From Nitrospirota bacterium (GTDB lineage: Bacteria; Nitrospirota; UBA9217): a stretch of DNA of 64,000 nucleotides. Shown piece by piece: positions 1-10,807 of the stretch; the stretch's first letter is position 1; each line of letters starts with the position of its first letter. Where the stretch lies: the NCBI GenBank assembly GCA_963749655.1, contig CAVVOB010000029.1:1-64000 (forward strand), read 5' to 3'. Under the pieces are notes generated by a model, which saw only the letters and a program-made list of their open reading frames with translations, did not search any database and had not been told where the DNA came from. The position numbers and the translations under genes are program-made.

Positions 1-1
1 G

Positions 2-2077
2 CCCGACTTCCGCGGTCCGCGGGGCGGACCGCGGCCTTTTGGCCGGTCTTCGGCGCCCGCCTCAGAGGGAGCCGCACCCGAAAAAGGCTGAAAAGTGAAA
101 TGTAGTGACTGAAAATGTTTTGCAACTGCTTGATGTTGTGTTTGACGCATCCATTGTAGCGTCATGTTCATTCGAAAGACAACACGGACCTACAAGGGGC
201 GTAACTACACCAACTACCTCCTGGTCGAGTCGGTGCGTACGCCCAACGGGCCGCGACAGAAAACCCTGTGCTCGCTGGGCAACCTGGATCCGCGGCCGGC
301 GGGAGAGTGGCTGAAGCTGGCGCATCGGGTCGAGCAGGCCCTGGCCGGACAGGGGGATCTGTTCAACTCCGCGGATGCCGAGGTCCGGCAGATCGTCCAT
401 CGGGCGCGCTCGGGCCGAGCGGAACCGGAAGCGGGTGGTCTGCCGGCCCCAGGCGGGTGTGACACCAAGGATGAGCGGGTCACCGTGCAGACGGCCGCGG
501 TGCGCACCGAAAAACATCGTGAAGCCGGTCCTGTGCATGTGGGCTTCCGCATGTGGGAACGGCTCGGGCTGGACGGCATCCTCGCCGGTGCCGGCCTTTC
601 GGAGCACTCCCGCAGCCTGAGCTGTGCCATGACAATGAACCGGCTGATCCACCCCGCCAGCGAACACGCCATGCCGGACTGGATACGCCGCACGGCGCTG
701 GACGACATCCTGGGCGCCGACTTTTCCAGTCTGGCCGACGATGCGCTCTACCGCAACCTGGACCGCCTGCATCCGAACCGGGCGAAGATCGAAACCGCGC
801 TGGCGGAAAGGGAGCGAACCCTGTTCAACCTGGAAGCCAGCGTGTTCTTCTACGACCTGACCTCGACCTACTTCGAGGGTCTCGCCGAGCTGAATGCGAA
901 GGCAAAGCGGGGCTACTCGCGGGACAAACGGCCTGACTGCAAGCAGGTGGTCGTCGGCCTGGCGGTGGGCGCGGAGGGCTTTCCGCAGGCTCACGAGGTC
1001 TTCGAAGGCAACATGCAGGATCGCCGCTCGCTGGGCCCCATGCTCGACGCCATGGACGCGCGGGTCGGCCTCAGGCCCGGCCAGACGGTGGTCATCGACC
1101 GCGGCATGGCATTCGACGAGAACCTGGCCGACATCCGCGCCCGGGGGCTCCACTACCTGGTGGCCACCCGCCAGGGCGAGCGCAACGCGTGGCTGGAAGA
1201 GTTCGAGAACATCGACAACTTCGCCGACGTGGTGCGCGAGCCGTCGCCGACCAACCCCGGGCAGAGGAAGTCGCGCGTGCGTGTCTGCCGGCACGAGGCT
1301 GACGGGGTAATCTACGTGCTGTGCCTCAGCGATGGCCGCAGCGAAAAGGACCGCGCCATCCGCGAAAAGCAGGAGGCACGGCTGCTGGCCGATCTGCGCA
1401 AACTGCAGAAGCGCGTCGCCGCCGGCTCGCCTGACGACCCGGTCAAAATCGGCGAGGCCATCGGACGGCTGAAGGAACGCTACCCGCGCGTGGCGCGGTA
1501 CTACAACATCGAGGCCGACATGGAAACTGCAACCCTCGTCTTCGCGCGTGACGAAGCGAAATATGCCCGCGCCTGCGAACTCGATGGCGCGTGGATGCTC
1601 AAGACCGACCGCGACGACCTTTCTGCCGACGAGGCGTGGCGAACCTACACAACCCTGACCCGCGCCGAGGCCGCCTTTCGGGCCATGAAAAGCCCTCTGG
1701 CCGAACGCCCGATCTTCCACCACCTCGAACATCGCGTCGAAACCCATATCTTCCTCTGTGTCCTGGCCTACCATCTTCTGGTCGCCGTGGAGAACACCCT
1801 CTGCGAAAAGGGTCTGCACACTTCCTGGGCAACCGTGCGCGACACGCTGGCGACGCACCAGATATGCACCATCGTGCTGCCCGCTACCAACGGCGACGTG
1901 CTGCGCATCCGCCGGGCTTCCACCCCGGAACCGGAACACAAACGCATCTACGATCTGCTCGCCATCGATCACGAAGTCATCCAACCCGTGCGAACCTGGA
2001 CCAGGAAAAAGGGGGCCATGTAGTGACTGAAAACGGCCAATTTGAGCACAAATCCGCACAAAAGTGCGGAAGTTGGG
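2..2077 (+). mobile_element. IS1634-family insertion sequence
   Basis: Terminal IRs CCCGACTTCCGC (2-13) / GCGGAAGTTGGG (2066-2077) around one transposase ORF; left target duplication is outside the window. Confidence 0.85.
164..2023 (+). CDS. IS1634-family DDE transposase
   Basis: 619 aa; YDLTSTYFEG, GYSRDKRPDCKQVVVGL, VIDRGM, EAAFRAMKSPLAERPIFH motifs. Confidence 0.92.
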   Translation: MFIRKTTRTYKGRNYTNYLLVESVRTPNGPRQKTLCSLGNLDPRPAGEWLKLAHRVEQALAGQGDLFNSADAEVRQIVHRARSGRAEPEAGGLPAPGGCDTKDERVTVQTAAVRTEKHREAGPVHVGFRMWERLGLDGILAGAGLSEHSRSLSCAMTMNRLIHPASEHAMPDWIRRTALDDILGADFSSLADDALYRNLDRLHPNRAKIETALAERERTLFNLEASVFFYDLTSTYFEGLAELNAKAKRGYSRDKRPDCKQVVVGLAVGAEGFPQAHEVFEGNMQDRRSLGPMLDAMDARVGLRPGQTVVIDRGMAFDENLADIRARGLHYLVATRQGERNAWLEEFENIDNFADVVREPSPTNPGQRKSRVRVCRHEADGVIYVLCLSDGRSEKDRAIREKQEARLLADLRKLQKRVAAGSPDDPVKIGEAIGRLKERYPRVARYYNIEADMETATLVFARDEAKYARACELDGAWMLKTDRDDLSADEAWRTYTTLTRAEAAFRAMKSPLAERPIFHHLEHRVETHIFLCVLAYHLLVAVENTLCEKGLHTSWATVRDTLATHQICTIVLPATNGDVLRIRRASTPEPEHKRIYDLLAIDHEVIQPVRTWTRKKGAM

Positions 2078-2188
2078 CTAACGCCACGATATGGACCTGA
2101 TTCGGGGTAGCGATATCGTACCGGCATTCGTGGGTCGTTCCCGCCCTCCCGCGGGGATTGTCTGGGGAAGGGACCCGTCGGTGCCGTT

Positions 2189-3297
2189 TCACGGGTAATT
2201 CATGTGCTCGCGGTAGACGTCGAGCGCAGAAGCGTCGTCGTAGCGGACGTTGGTCGAGAGCGAGTGGTCGCAGCCGAAGACGTAGCGGGCGCCGCGCGTC
2301 TTCATGCCCTCGACGAGGCGCGCGACCTCGCGGCGGATGAGCGCGCGGTCGCCGGACTCGAGGATGCGCGCGTCGAGCCCGCCGATGAGGCGCAAGCTCG
2401 TCGCCGTACTTCTCGGCGATCCGCAGCGGGTCGTTCCCGGCCTTCACCTCCATCGGGTTCAGCCCGTCGAACCCCGCCGGCGACGATGAGGTCGGCAGCG
2501 CCCGGCTCCGTGAAGCCGCAGGTGTGCAGCACGACCGGCAGGTCGTAGGTGTGGAAGAACGCGACCAGCTCCCGGTAGTACGGGAAGATGAGCGGCCCGA
2601 GCGACCTCGGGGCGCGCGAAGAGGCGGTGTCTTGTAGCCGAGGTCCTCGTAGATCCAGATGCCGTCGGGCCGGCCGGCCTCCTCGAACGAGGAGCGCGTA
2701 AGCAGGTCTTGAAGAAGTCGGTGTAGACGCGGCCGTAGTCGTGGATCCAGTCCGGGTCGGCGAGGAGCGAGGTGTAGAGAGGCAGAGTCGCCCAGGCTCT
2801 GCCGCATGTTTTCCCAGATGAAGAGGTGCCCGTAGTGGGTCCAGCGCCCCTGGGCGCGGCGCTCGCGAGCGCCTCGGCGGCGCCCGGCACGTCCACGCGC
2901 GCGCGGTCGACCGCGAGCAGGTGCGGGCGGTAGTCGCGCTCCCAGATCTCGCGGCTCGTCATGCGGAAGTCGACGTGCTCGGGCGTGCCGGACTTGTTCT
3001 TCCACCACTTGAGCGCGGCGCCCGCGCCGTTGCGCGACACCTTCCACTCGTCGGTCTCCTCGACCATCTCCTCGACGCCGCGCATCGGGAGCGCGTCGAA
3101 CCACCCGCCGCAGCCGGCCATGTCGAGACCGAAATGCTCGATCGGCATCGACGGCATTGCCCTTCTCGTCCTTCGGGTAACCCTCGTCCTTGACCCGTTC
3201 TGCCAGCGTGTCGCCCAGGCGAATCGTACAGGCCGCAGCGCGGCCGCCCGCTGTGCCTGAACAGCGCCTGGACCACTGTGCGTGAATCGGCACCCAT
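2189..3297 (-). CDS. Uroporphyrinogen decarboxylase (URO-D)/cobalamin methyltransferase-like protein, frameshifted
   Basis: Fragments in several frames: DGIWIYEDLGYK, LHTCGF, GFDGLNPMEVKAGND, GGLDARIL, YVFGCDHS. Confidence 0.7.
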
Positions 3298-3857
3298 GAT
3301 GACTTCTCTCCTTCTATCAGCCGCCCCGCGCGGCGCTGGTCGGCACGCATGTGCCGCCACGTGGGCGCTCGCGCACCGTCTAGTCAGACATTGCGCCGCG
3401 CTAGCGCCAGCGCGAGGCCGGCCACATCCCACTCTACCGTCTCCGTCACCAATTGCACTCACGCCATGGTGCCAGACGAACCCCATAGCGCGGTGCAGCG
3501 CGCCCTGACACTGGGGCGCAGGGGTGACGCGACAAGACTTGCCGAGCGGATCGCGCTCCTGCGCCTCCCCGTCGAACGAGGTGCAGCGTCTGGCGACATC
3601 CGCCATCGGCGAGCTGGCCGGCGCCTGGCGCCTCGGGGCATGTGCCTCGGGCCATTTGCCGTTTCACCAGCACTAGTTGGCGCTGGCCGGGCCAAAGGTT
3701 ACAGGCACACCGGCCAAAAGCCGAACATCGCCTTGCGAACAGGTTCGCAAGCCACCCACACTCAGCCCGGGTGGCAACTCTCAAGCGCTTGCTCGTCGAC
3801 TACTTCGTGCTAGAGTTGGGGGGTGAGGAGGATGAATGCGAGAATGGGGACAGGATC

Positions 3858-4480
3858 ATGACACCTCGCACTCCCACGACCCATCCAACAACCTGTCCGG
3901 GCAACTGCGCCGGGCGGACCAGGAGATTCGGATCGAGCGTCTGCGCCGCGAGATTCACGCAGGCCGCCGGCGAGGCGGCCACGTTTGGCGATGCCAAGGA
4001 ACTCGACCCGGATATCGAGGAGGCCTTTCTTGAGCACGTGCTGGCATTCGAGCGCGCGCCGCAGGGCACCTGGTCGAGGAACTCACCAAGGCTGGGGTGG
4101 CCCTTCCCGGACCGGACTCGTTGACGGACGCCGAAATCGCTTCTCTCATCCAAGAGATTGGGAAGAAACTGGCCGAACTGCGCGTGTTTGCTCGAGCACC
4201 GATCACCTCAGCGACCGCGAATTGTATGCCCGGCCTGGTAACGAACATCCTTCTCGAGGAGCCGGCGACCATCATGCCGGCGCATCATGACTCGGCCTGT
4301 CACTTGGACTTGATCGGCTCGGGCAGCGAAGAAGACACGGGGCTTTGGTTGCGTTACTATGCGGACGAGAAGACGCGGCAGGATTGGCGTGCCCGCTTCC
4401 CCGAAGACGTCATTCCGCCCCACGAGGATCCACCGTGGCACCGCGACACCACTCTGCCGCAACGCGGATTACGGCTGATC
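3858..4480 (+). CDS. Hypothetical protein, frameshifted; end approximate
   Basis: Protein-like fragments across frames: DIEEAFLEHVLAFE, STDHLSDRELY, HLDLIGSGSEED, WLRYYADE. Confidence 0.5.
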
Positions 4481-4618
4481 CGACGGCGGTCCAGTCGCCC
4501 TCGTCCGGACTTGCGGACTCCGCACGGCAGTCGCCATGGCGCGGGGCAAGAGCGCTGTCAGATTACGACACTGCGTAGCGTCACTATGACATCATGTCAA
4601 GGCGCTTTGAGACGCGCG

Positions 4619-5397
4619 TCAGACGTAGATCATCTTCTTGGTCATGCCGCCGTCGATGACGAAGTTCTGGCCGGTGACAAAGCCCGCGGCCGGCGAGATC
4701 AGGTACGCCACCATCTCGGCCACGTCGGCAGGCACGCCGACCCGGCCGGCAGGATGCTGGGCGTGGTCCGCCGCACGTCAGTACCGGGGTCGTGCGCAGC
4801 CGTGCCTTCTTCCAGTCGCCGGTCTCGATCCAGCCGGGACTCACGCAATTGACGCGAATCTCCGGCCCCAGGCTGAGCGCGAGCGCATGGGTCAGCGCCA
4901 CGATCCCGCCCTTGGACGCGGCATAGGCTTCTGTGTTCCGCTCGGATTGCAGGGCGCGCGTCGAGGCGATGTTGACGATAGCTCCCGCGCGTCTGACGCA
5001 GGTGCGGCACAGCATGCTTGGTCATCAGGAAGCAGCCGGTCAGGTTGACGCCAATGACGCGGATTTTAAGCCTCGAGCCGCAGGGACGTAACGGGTGCGC
5101 CCCCGGGATTGGCAAGCCCGGCGTTGTTGACGAGCGTTATCCAGTCCGCCGAACGCTTCGATCGCCGCGGCCACCGCGCGGCGCGCCGACGTTTCGTTCT
5201 TGGCCACTCGGTAGAACAAACGGAGTCGCCCAAGGGCTGGTATTCAGCGAGTGTTTCGTGGCCGGCCTCCGCGTCAATGTCGGCAATGACCACGCGCATG
5301 CCCAGACCGAGAAGTGTCGGGCAAGGCCCTTCCCGATCCCCTGGGCGCCTCCGGTCACGAGTGCCGCTTGTCCTGCAGATCCTTCATACGTCTCCAT
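4619..5397 (-). CDS. SDR family oxidoreductase, frameshifted
   Basis: [35 protein letters not shown] motifs. Confidence 0.85.
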
Positions 5398-5633
5398 TCC
5401 AGGCTTGTCGTGGCTGGGGGATGGCGTCCTGCAGTCCCCAGACCCCTGCAGGGTGTCCGAAGGACACGGTTTCTGTGAGTTGCGAAACCCGTCGGCGCGT
5501 GAGGCGATGCCATGAACCCCTGGCCCAGTCGCGCCGACCGGCTTCGCAACTCCTTAAAAAGTGCCCATCGGGCACTCTCAGGTGGGGTTTGGGGAGGGGC
5601 AAGAACGGCCCCGCCCCAAACGCTTTGCGTGAC

Positions 5634-6695
5634 TCAGGCACTCCGGATCAGGTCGCGGAAGCGTTTGAAAAGGTAGGCGGCGTCGTGGGGCCCGGGCGCG
5701 GCTTCGGGGTGGTACTGCACGGAGAACATCGGCTCCTCCTGTGGCGCAGGCCCTCGACCGTCTGGTCGTTCAGGTTGACGTGCGTGACCTCGACCTTCGT
5801 CGTGTCGAAGCGCTCCGGGTCCACGGCGAAGTTGTGGTTCTGCGAGGTGATCTCGACCCTGCCGGTCGCCAGGTCCTTCACCGGGTGGTTGCAGCCGTGG
5901 TGCCCGAACTTGAGCCGGTAGGTGCGGCCGCCCAGCGCCAGGCCGAGGATCTGGTGCCCCAGGCAGATGCCCATGATCGGCACCTTGCCGATCAGCACCC
6001 GGATGCTCTCGATGGCGTAGGTCACGGCCGCCGGGTCGGCCGGGCCGTTGGAGGAAGACGCCGTCCGGCTTCAGCGCCAGCACCTCGTGCGCCGGTGTCT
6101 TGGCCGGCACCACGGTCACGTCCATGCCCTGCTGGCGCAGGCGGCGCAGGATGTTCCACTTGATGCCGAAGTCGTAGGCGACGACCTTCAGGTCCGTCGG
6201 CCGGCAGGCCGCCGCGATGCCCCAGGTCGTCGAGAGCTTGCCGTCCGCGTCCCACGCGAAGGGGCGGTCGCAGGGTGACCTTGGCGGCGTAGTCCTGGCC
6301 GTCGAGCCCTTCCCACTGCTTCGCCTTGTCGATGGCCTCGGCCTCGTCCACCGCTGCCGGTGACGGAGATGAATACCTTGCAGCGTGCCCCGGTGCGCAG
6401 TTTCGTGGTCAGGCCCGCGTGTCGATGCCCGCGATGGCCGGGAACGCCGGCATCGCGCAGATAGTCCGACAGCGAGCCCGTGGCTGCGCCAGTTGCTGCG
6501 GCTCGTTCATCTCGTGCACGATGAAACCGTTGGCAAACACCTGCCGCGATTCCATGTCCTCCGGGTTGATCCCGTTGTTGCCGATCTCGGGGTAGGTCAT
6601 GGTGACGATCTGGCCGCTGTAGGACGGGTCGGTCAGGATTTCCTGGTAGCCGGTCATGCCGGTGTTGAAGACCACTTCGCCGAGCACGTCCGTAG
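5634..6695 (-). CDS. carA: Carbamoyl-phosphate synthase small subunit, 5'-truncated and frameshifted
   Basis: [65 protein letters not shown]. Confidence 0.88.
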
Positions 6696-6699
6696 GCGC

Positions 6700-8115
6700 G
6701 TCAACGACGCGGCGGTCGATCATTACGGCTATACGCGACAGGAATTCCTCTCCCTCACGGTCAATGATCTCTACACTCACGAAGAAACCCCTTCGCTGCT
6801 GAACCTCCTGGCGAAACTCGACCAGGGAGCCAGGCAGACCGGCGTCTGGAAGCACCGCCTTAAGAACGGACGGATCATCGAGGTCGAGATCGTATCTCAT
6901 TGCATCACGATCGACGGAAAGAGGGCCCATTTTGTCCTGGCGAACGATATCAGCGAGCGGAAGGTCATGGAAGAGAACCTCCTGCGGTCTCAGAAGCTCG
7001 AGTCCGTCGGCATTCTGGCAGGCGGTCTTGCCCATGACTTCAATAACATGCTGACCGCGATCATCGGCAACATTGCTCTGGCAAAAATGGACGCCCCGGC
7101 CGGCAGTGAATTATCTCTCCGTCTCGAGGAAGCTGAAAAAGCAACGTCGCGGGCTCAGCGGCTTACCCAGCAGCTGCTCACGTTCTCGCGCGGCGGAGCG
7201 CCCCTGAAGAAAGCCCTGTCCCTCGCTCCGCTCATCGAGGACTCGGCAGGATTCGCACTCCGAGGCTCCAAATCACGCCCTGTCCTGATGCTGCCCCCGG
7301 ACCTCTGGACCGTCGAGGCCGATGAAGGCCAGCTGACCCAGGTGATCCATCACCTTATCATGAATGCGGACCAGTCGATGCCCGACGGCGGCACGATCAC
7401 CGTCTCGGGCGAAAACTGCATACTGCCGCCGGGCAATTCCCTGGGGATCAAGGAAGGGGCCTACGTCAAAATAGCCATTGTCGACCAGGGCGTCGGCATC
7501 CCCGAAGAATACGTCCAGAAAATTTTCGACCCCTTCTTCACGACAAAACACAAGGGCCGCGGGCTCGGGCTTGCGACGTGCTATTCCATCATCAAGCGTC
7601 ATCATGGACACATCGCCGTCGATTCCGTGCAGGGACAGGGCGCGACTTTCACGCTCTACCTCCCTTCGCTGGGCCGTGTTGCCCACGACTCCCGCGAGGA
7701 AAGCAGGCAGGACCTGCGCGGCACCGGCCGCATTCTCGTCATGGATGATGAAGACATGGTCCGGGACGTAGCGACGAGGATCCTCTCCATGCTGGGTTTC
7801 GAGGTCGCGTGCTCGCGTGACGGGGCCGAAACGATCGCGCTCTACACGGAGGCCAGGGCCAGCGGCCGCCCGTTCAAGGCCGTGATCATGGACCTCACCA
7901 TACCCGGCGGCATGGGCGGCAAGGATACGATAAAACGGCTGGTCGAGATCGATCCCGACGTGAAGGCGATCGTCTCGAGCGGATACTCGAATGACCCCAT
8001 CATGTCCGAGTATCAGGAATACGGCTTCAGCGGAGTGGTCTCCAAACCCTATTCGATCAAGTCCCTCGGAGAAACGGTCAAGACCGTCCTCACCGGCGTG
8101 CACCATCCTTTATGA
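6700..8115 (+). CDS. PAS-domain hybrid sensor histidine kinase/response regulator, 5'-truncated
   Basis: PAS ([11 protein letters not shown]), H-box [28 protein letters not shown]-terminal receiver ILVMDDE...[12 protein letters not shown]. Confidence 0.9.
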   Translation, partial: VNDAAVDHYGYTRQEFLSLTVNDLYTHEETPSLLNLLAKLDQGARQTGVWKHRLKNGRIIEVEIVSHCITIDGKRAHFVLANDISERKVMEENLLRSQKLESVGILAGGLAHDFNNMLTAIIGNIALAKMDAPAGSELSLRLEEAEKATSRAQRLTQQLLTFSRGGAPLKKALSLAPLIEDSAGFALRGSKSRPVLMLPPDLWTVEADEGQLTQVIHHLIMNADQSMPDGGTITVSGENCILPPGNSLGIKEGAYVKIAIVDQGVGIPEEYVQKIFDPFFTTKHKGRGLGLATCYSIIKRHHGHIAVDSVQGQGATFTLYLPSLGRVAHDSREESRQDLRGTGRILVMDDEDMVRDVATRILSMLGFEVACSRDGAETIALYTEARASGRPFKAVIMDLTIPGGMGGKDTIKRLVEIDPDVKAIVSSGYSNDPIMSEYQEYGFSGVVSKPYSIKSLGETVKTVLTGVHHPL

Positions 8116-8186
8116 TTCAGGTCATGGTTTTCCCCTGAAGTACTATGGTATCCTTTGCTTGAGACACGACAGAAACGGAGGATGCC

Positions 8187-8501
8187 ATGGAAATACTCGA
8201 CCTGAAGAAGCTCATCAAATTCAGCCCTGACAGGATCTCTCGGGAAATGCTTTCCGACAAGCCCGAGATGCGGGTCGCGCTCATGTGCCTTGATGCGGGC
8301 CAGAAGCTCGATCCCCACAAGGCCCCGCTCAGGCTCATGATGTACTGCGTCCAGGGAAAAGGAACGTTTACCGTGGGCGATGAGAAGATCGAAGCAAACG
8401 AGAAGACCTGCATTCTCTGCGATCCCAATGTGCCCCACGGGTTCGCCGCAGACAAGGGCGAAAAACTCGTGGTCATGGCCGTCGTCACGCCGGTGGATTG
8501 A
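8187..8501 (+). CDS. Cupin domain protein
   Basis: 104 aa cupin pattern (LDPHKAP...VQGKGTFTVG...PNVPHGF); GGAGG RBS. Confidence 0.8.
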   Translation: MEILDLKKLIKFSPDRISREMLSDKPEMRVALMCLDAGQKLDPHKAPLRLMMYCVQGKGTFTVGDEKIEANEKTCILCDPNVPHGFAADKGEKLVVMAVVTPVD

Positions 8502-8554
8502 TCGCGAGAACGTTATCGGAATCGGCATCACGAAGGAGCGCCGAAGACAATAAA

Positions 8555-8585
8555 AAAGGCCCCTGTCCTCACGGACGGGGCCTTT
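8555..8585. terminator. Bidirectional rho-independent terminator
   Basis: AAAGGCCCCTGTCC-TCAC-GGACGGGGCCTTT hairpin with A/T tracts between convergent genes. Confidence 0.8.
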
Positions 8586-8608
8586 CGTTTTCATTCGCTG
8601 CTTGCCGA

Positions 8609-9016
8609 TCAGATCTGTTTCATTTCCTTGCCGCAGCCGCACTTGCCGGGCTTGTCCGAGATCGCCCCGCATTGACAGCCCGCTCCGCAGGCGCATACAT
8701 ACTTCCCTTTCAGCGAAACCTGCTTGACCGATTTGCCGCAGCCGCACTTGCTCGGGTCCGTCGTGCTCCGTTCGCAGTTGCATTCGGCCCCGCACCGGCA
8801 GAACACCGCCGTATCCTTGTCGATCGCCAGCAGGTGCATGGCCGCCAGTTCCTTGCCGCAGGTGCATTTGCCCGGTTCCTTCGAGATGGTGTTGCACTTG
8901 CAGTCGTCAGCGCAATTACAGACGTAATAGACCTTGCTCTTGTCCGCAGCCATTGCCAGTCCTATTGCAACGATCACAAAAACCAAAGCCAGTAAAACTA
9001 CATATGCTTTTTTCAT
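8609..9016 (-). CDS. Exported cysteine-rich (metallothionein-like) repeat protein
   Basis: Signal peptide followed by three six-Cys repeats ending KCxCGK; 18 Cys. Confidence 0.75.
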   Translation of the reverse strand: MKKAYVVLLALVFVIVAIGLAMAADKSKVYYVCNCADDCKCNTISKEPGKCTCGKELAAMHLLAIDKDTAVFCRCGAECNCERSTTDPSKCGCGKSVKQVSLKGKYVCACGAGCQCGAISDKPGKCGCGKEMKQI

Positions 9017-9146
9017 GCTGTTGCTCCTTTCGGAAATGATTTTGATTGAACTATAGCGTGAGACCTGAGAATTGTCAAACTTTCGCAGTGCAACGCGGCC
9101 CGCTTTTCTGCATCTTCATGCCCGTTTAAAAGAACAGGCTCTCTTC

Positions 9147-10582
9147 TCAGAAATCCAGCGGGCTCTTCACCTCTTTCCCGGGTTTGCGCGGGAGGCAGTG
9201 CAGATAGATCATCGTGGTCCTGATGTCCGCATGGCCCAGCAGCGTCTGGATCGTGCGGAGGTCGTAGCCCGCCTGAAGCAGGTGCGTGGCGTAACAATGG
9301 CGGAAGGTGTGCGACGTGACGCGCTTCGTGAGCTTCGCCTTTCGGACCGCTTCGCCGAAAACTTCCTGCATCCGCGAATCATGCACATGATAACGCCGCG
9401 ATTCTTTCGTTTGAGCGACGAAGGTCAGTGACTCCTGCGGTAAAAACCATTGCCAGATAAGCTCCTTCGCGGCCCGCGGATACTTCTTCTCAAGTTGATC
9501 ATCGAGAAAGACCCCGGAGAAACCCGCCGCGAGATCTTCGTCATGCAGTTTTTTCACGCGCTCCAACTGAGCATGCAGTTCCGGGAGGAGTGTCTTCGGC
9601 AGCGGCACGGTCCGTACTTTTTTGCCCTTTCCCCGGACCGTAAGGAGACCGGTATCGAAGTCGAAATCCTTGACTCGAAGCGTGCAGCCCTCCGAGATGC
9701 GCAGCCCGCACCCGTACTGGAGCTGGGCCACGAGTTTGAAGGGATGCCGGAGATGAGCCAGAACCGAATCTATTTCTTTCCGGCAAAGGACCGTGGGGAT
9801 ATAATTCGACGTCTTCGCGCGGGGGATGTCTTTATGAGTTCCGAAATCCTTGTTCAGCACATGCCGGTAGAGAAACAGCAAGGCATTGAACGCCTGATTC
9901 TGACGACTGGAGGAAACGTTGCAGTTGACCGCCAGATAAGTGAGATAAGTCCTTTACGTCCTGCGAGGACAGTTCGCCGGGGTCCTTGTCTTTCAGGTAA
10001 TTCTGGAACTTACGGCTCCAATCGGCATAATGCCTTGAGCGTTTTCCGGGAGTAATGCCGCACCTTTATTTCGGCGGCAAGTTTTTCGATGACCGTGTCC
10101 CATGCAGGAGCTTCGGTCTTTCTGAGACAGCGCCATTCGTCATACCGTCTGCCGCTTCTTTCCGGAGGCGCAAACTGAAAACCGCCCGGCGGCTCGCAAA
10201 CCATCAGAGGAGCTGTTTTCGCGGAAGCTGAATTTCGATCCGCATGGCCTTTGCCCTCAAACTGCCGCCCGGACAGCGTCGCCGCGGGAGCGCCCCCGGT
10301 GACCGACGAAGGATCGATTTTACTTCCCGGACGGGAAGCGAAAAACAGGGAAATCGCGTCCGCAGCCTGTTCAACCTGCCCCGCGGTCTGATTCTTGGAA
10401 CGCAGTTTATCGGCGAACAGCCTGACTTGATCCGATGGCGAGTCGGGGAGAGGATATTTTGCGCGAAAGTCGAGAAAATAGAGCAGCCACTTCCGGTAAT
10501 CGGCGAGAAACATGGGAGGGACATTCCGCTGTTTCAGCAGGTCGTTAAAGCCGGCGAGAATATTCTGAGGGATAGGTTTCAT
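9147..10582 (-). CDS. intI: Integron integrase (tyrosine recombinase) with N-terminal extension; frameshifts near 9960-10030
   Basis: YGCGLRISE, HTFRHCYATHLL, LLGH..IRTTMIY and the integron-specific insertion (LHDEDLAAG...LEKKYPRAAKELIWQWFLP...RRYHVHD); GGAGG RBS; adjacent attC array. Confidence 0.93.
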
Positions 10583-10613
10583 GGTAGGCAAACCTCCAGG
10601 TGCAGTTGAAGAC

Positions 10614-10642
10614 AGTATAGTGAACATTCGTTCACCTGTCAA
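10614..10642 (-). promoter_or_regulatory. Pint promoter TTGACA-N17-TATACT with a GTGAAC-ATTC-GTTCAC operator (LexA-type box) in the spacer
   Basis: -35 at 10637-10642, -10 at 10614-10619, palindrome at 10620-10635. Confidence 0.75.
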
Positions 10643-10726
10643 GCAAAAAGGCCTCCTCCTGGAGCGCACACCTTAAACATGTCCGGGATTTCGCCGGAGT
10701 TGATCCAATGAATCAACAAATATACC

Positions 10727-10755
10727 TTGACATGTCTGAAGGAATAAAATATAGT
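10727..10755 (+). promoter_or_regulatory. Putative cassette promoter Pc (TTGACA-N17-TATAGT)
   Basis: Near-consensus sigma70 boxes divergent from intI, pointing toward attI. Confidence 0.6.
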
Positions 10756-10807
10756 TTTTTAGTCGCATCTCCTATTTATAAAAATCTTTTCAAAGATAGC
10801 TTGCGCT

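Noticed and set aside
62-2059. 665-aa minus-strand ORF and other long antisense ORFs (e.g. 22640-23737, 47390-48727)
   Set aside because: Shadow frames of recognisable genes on the opposite strand
3300-3850. ORFs between the URO-D-like gene and the hypothetical gene
   Set aside because: No recognisable motifs in low-quality sequence
6385-6700. N-terminal ~105 aa of the 576-aa kinase ORF as a novel domain
   Set aside because: It is the antisense of carA across the junction
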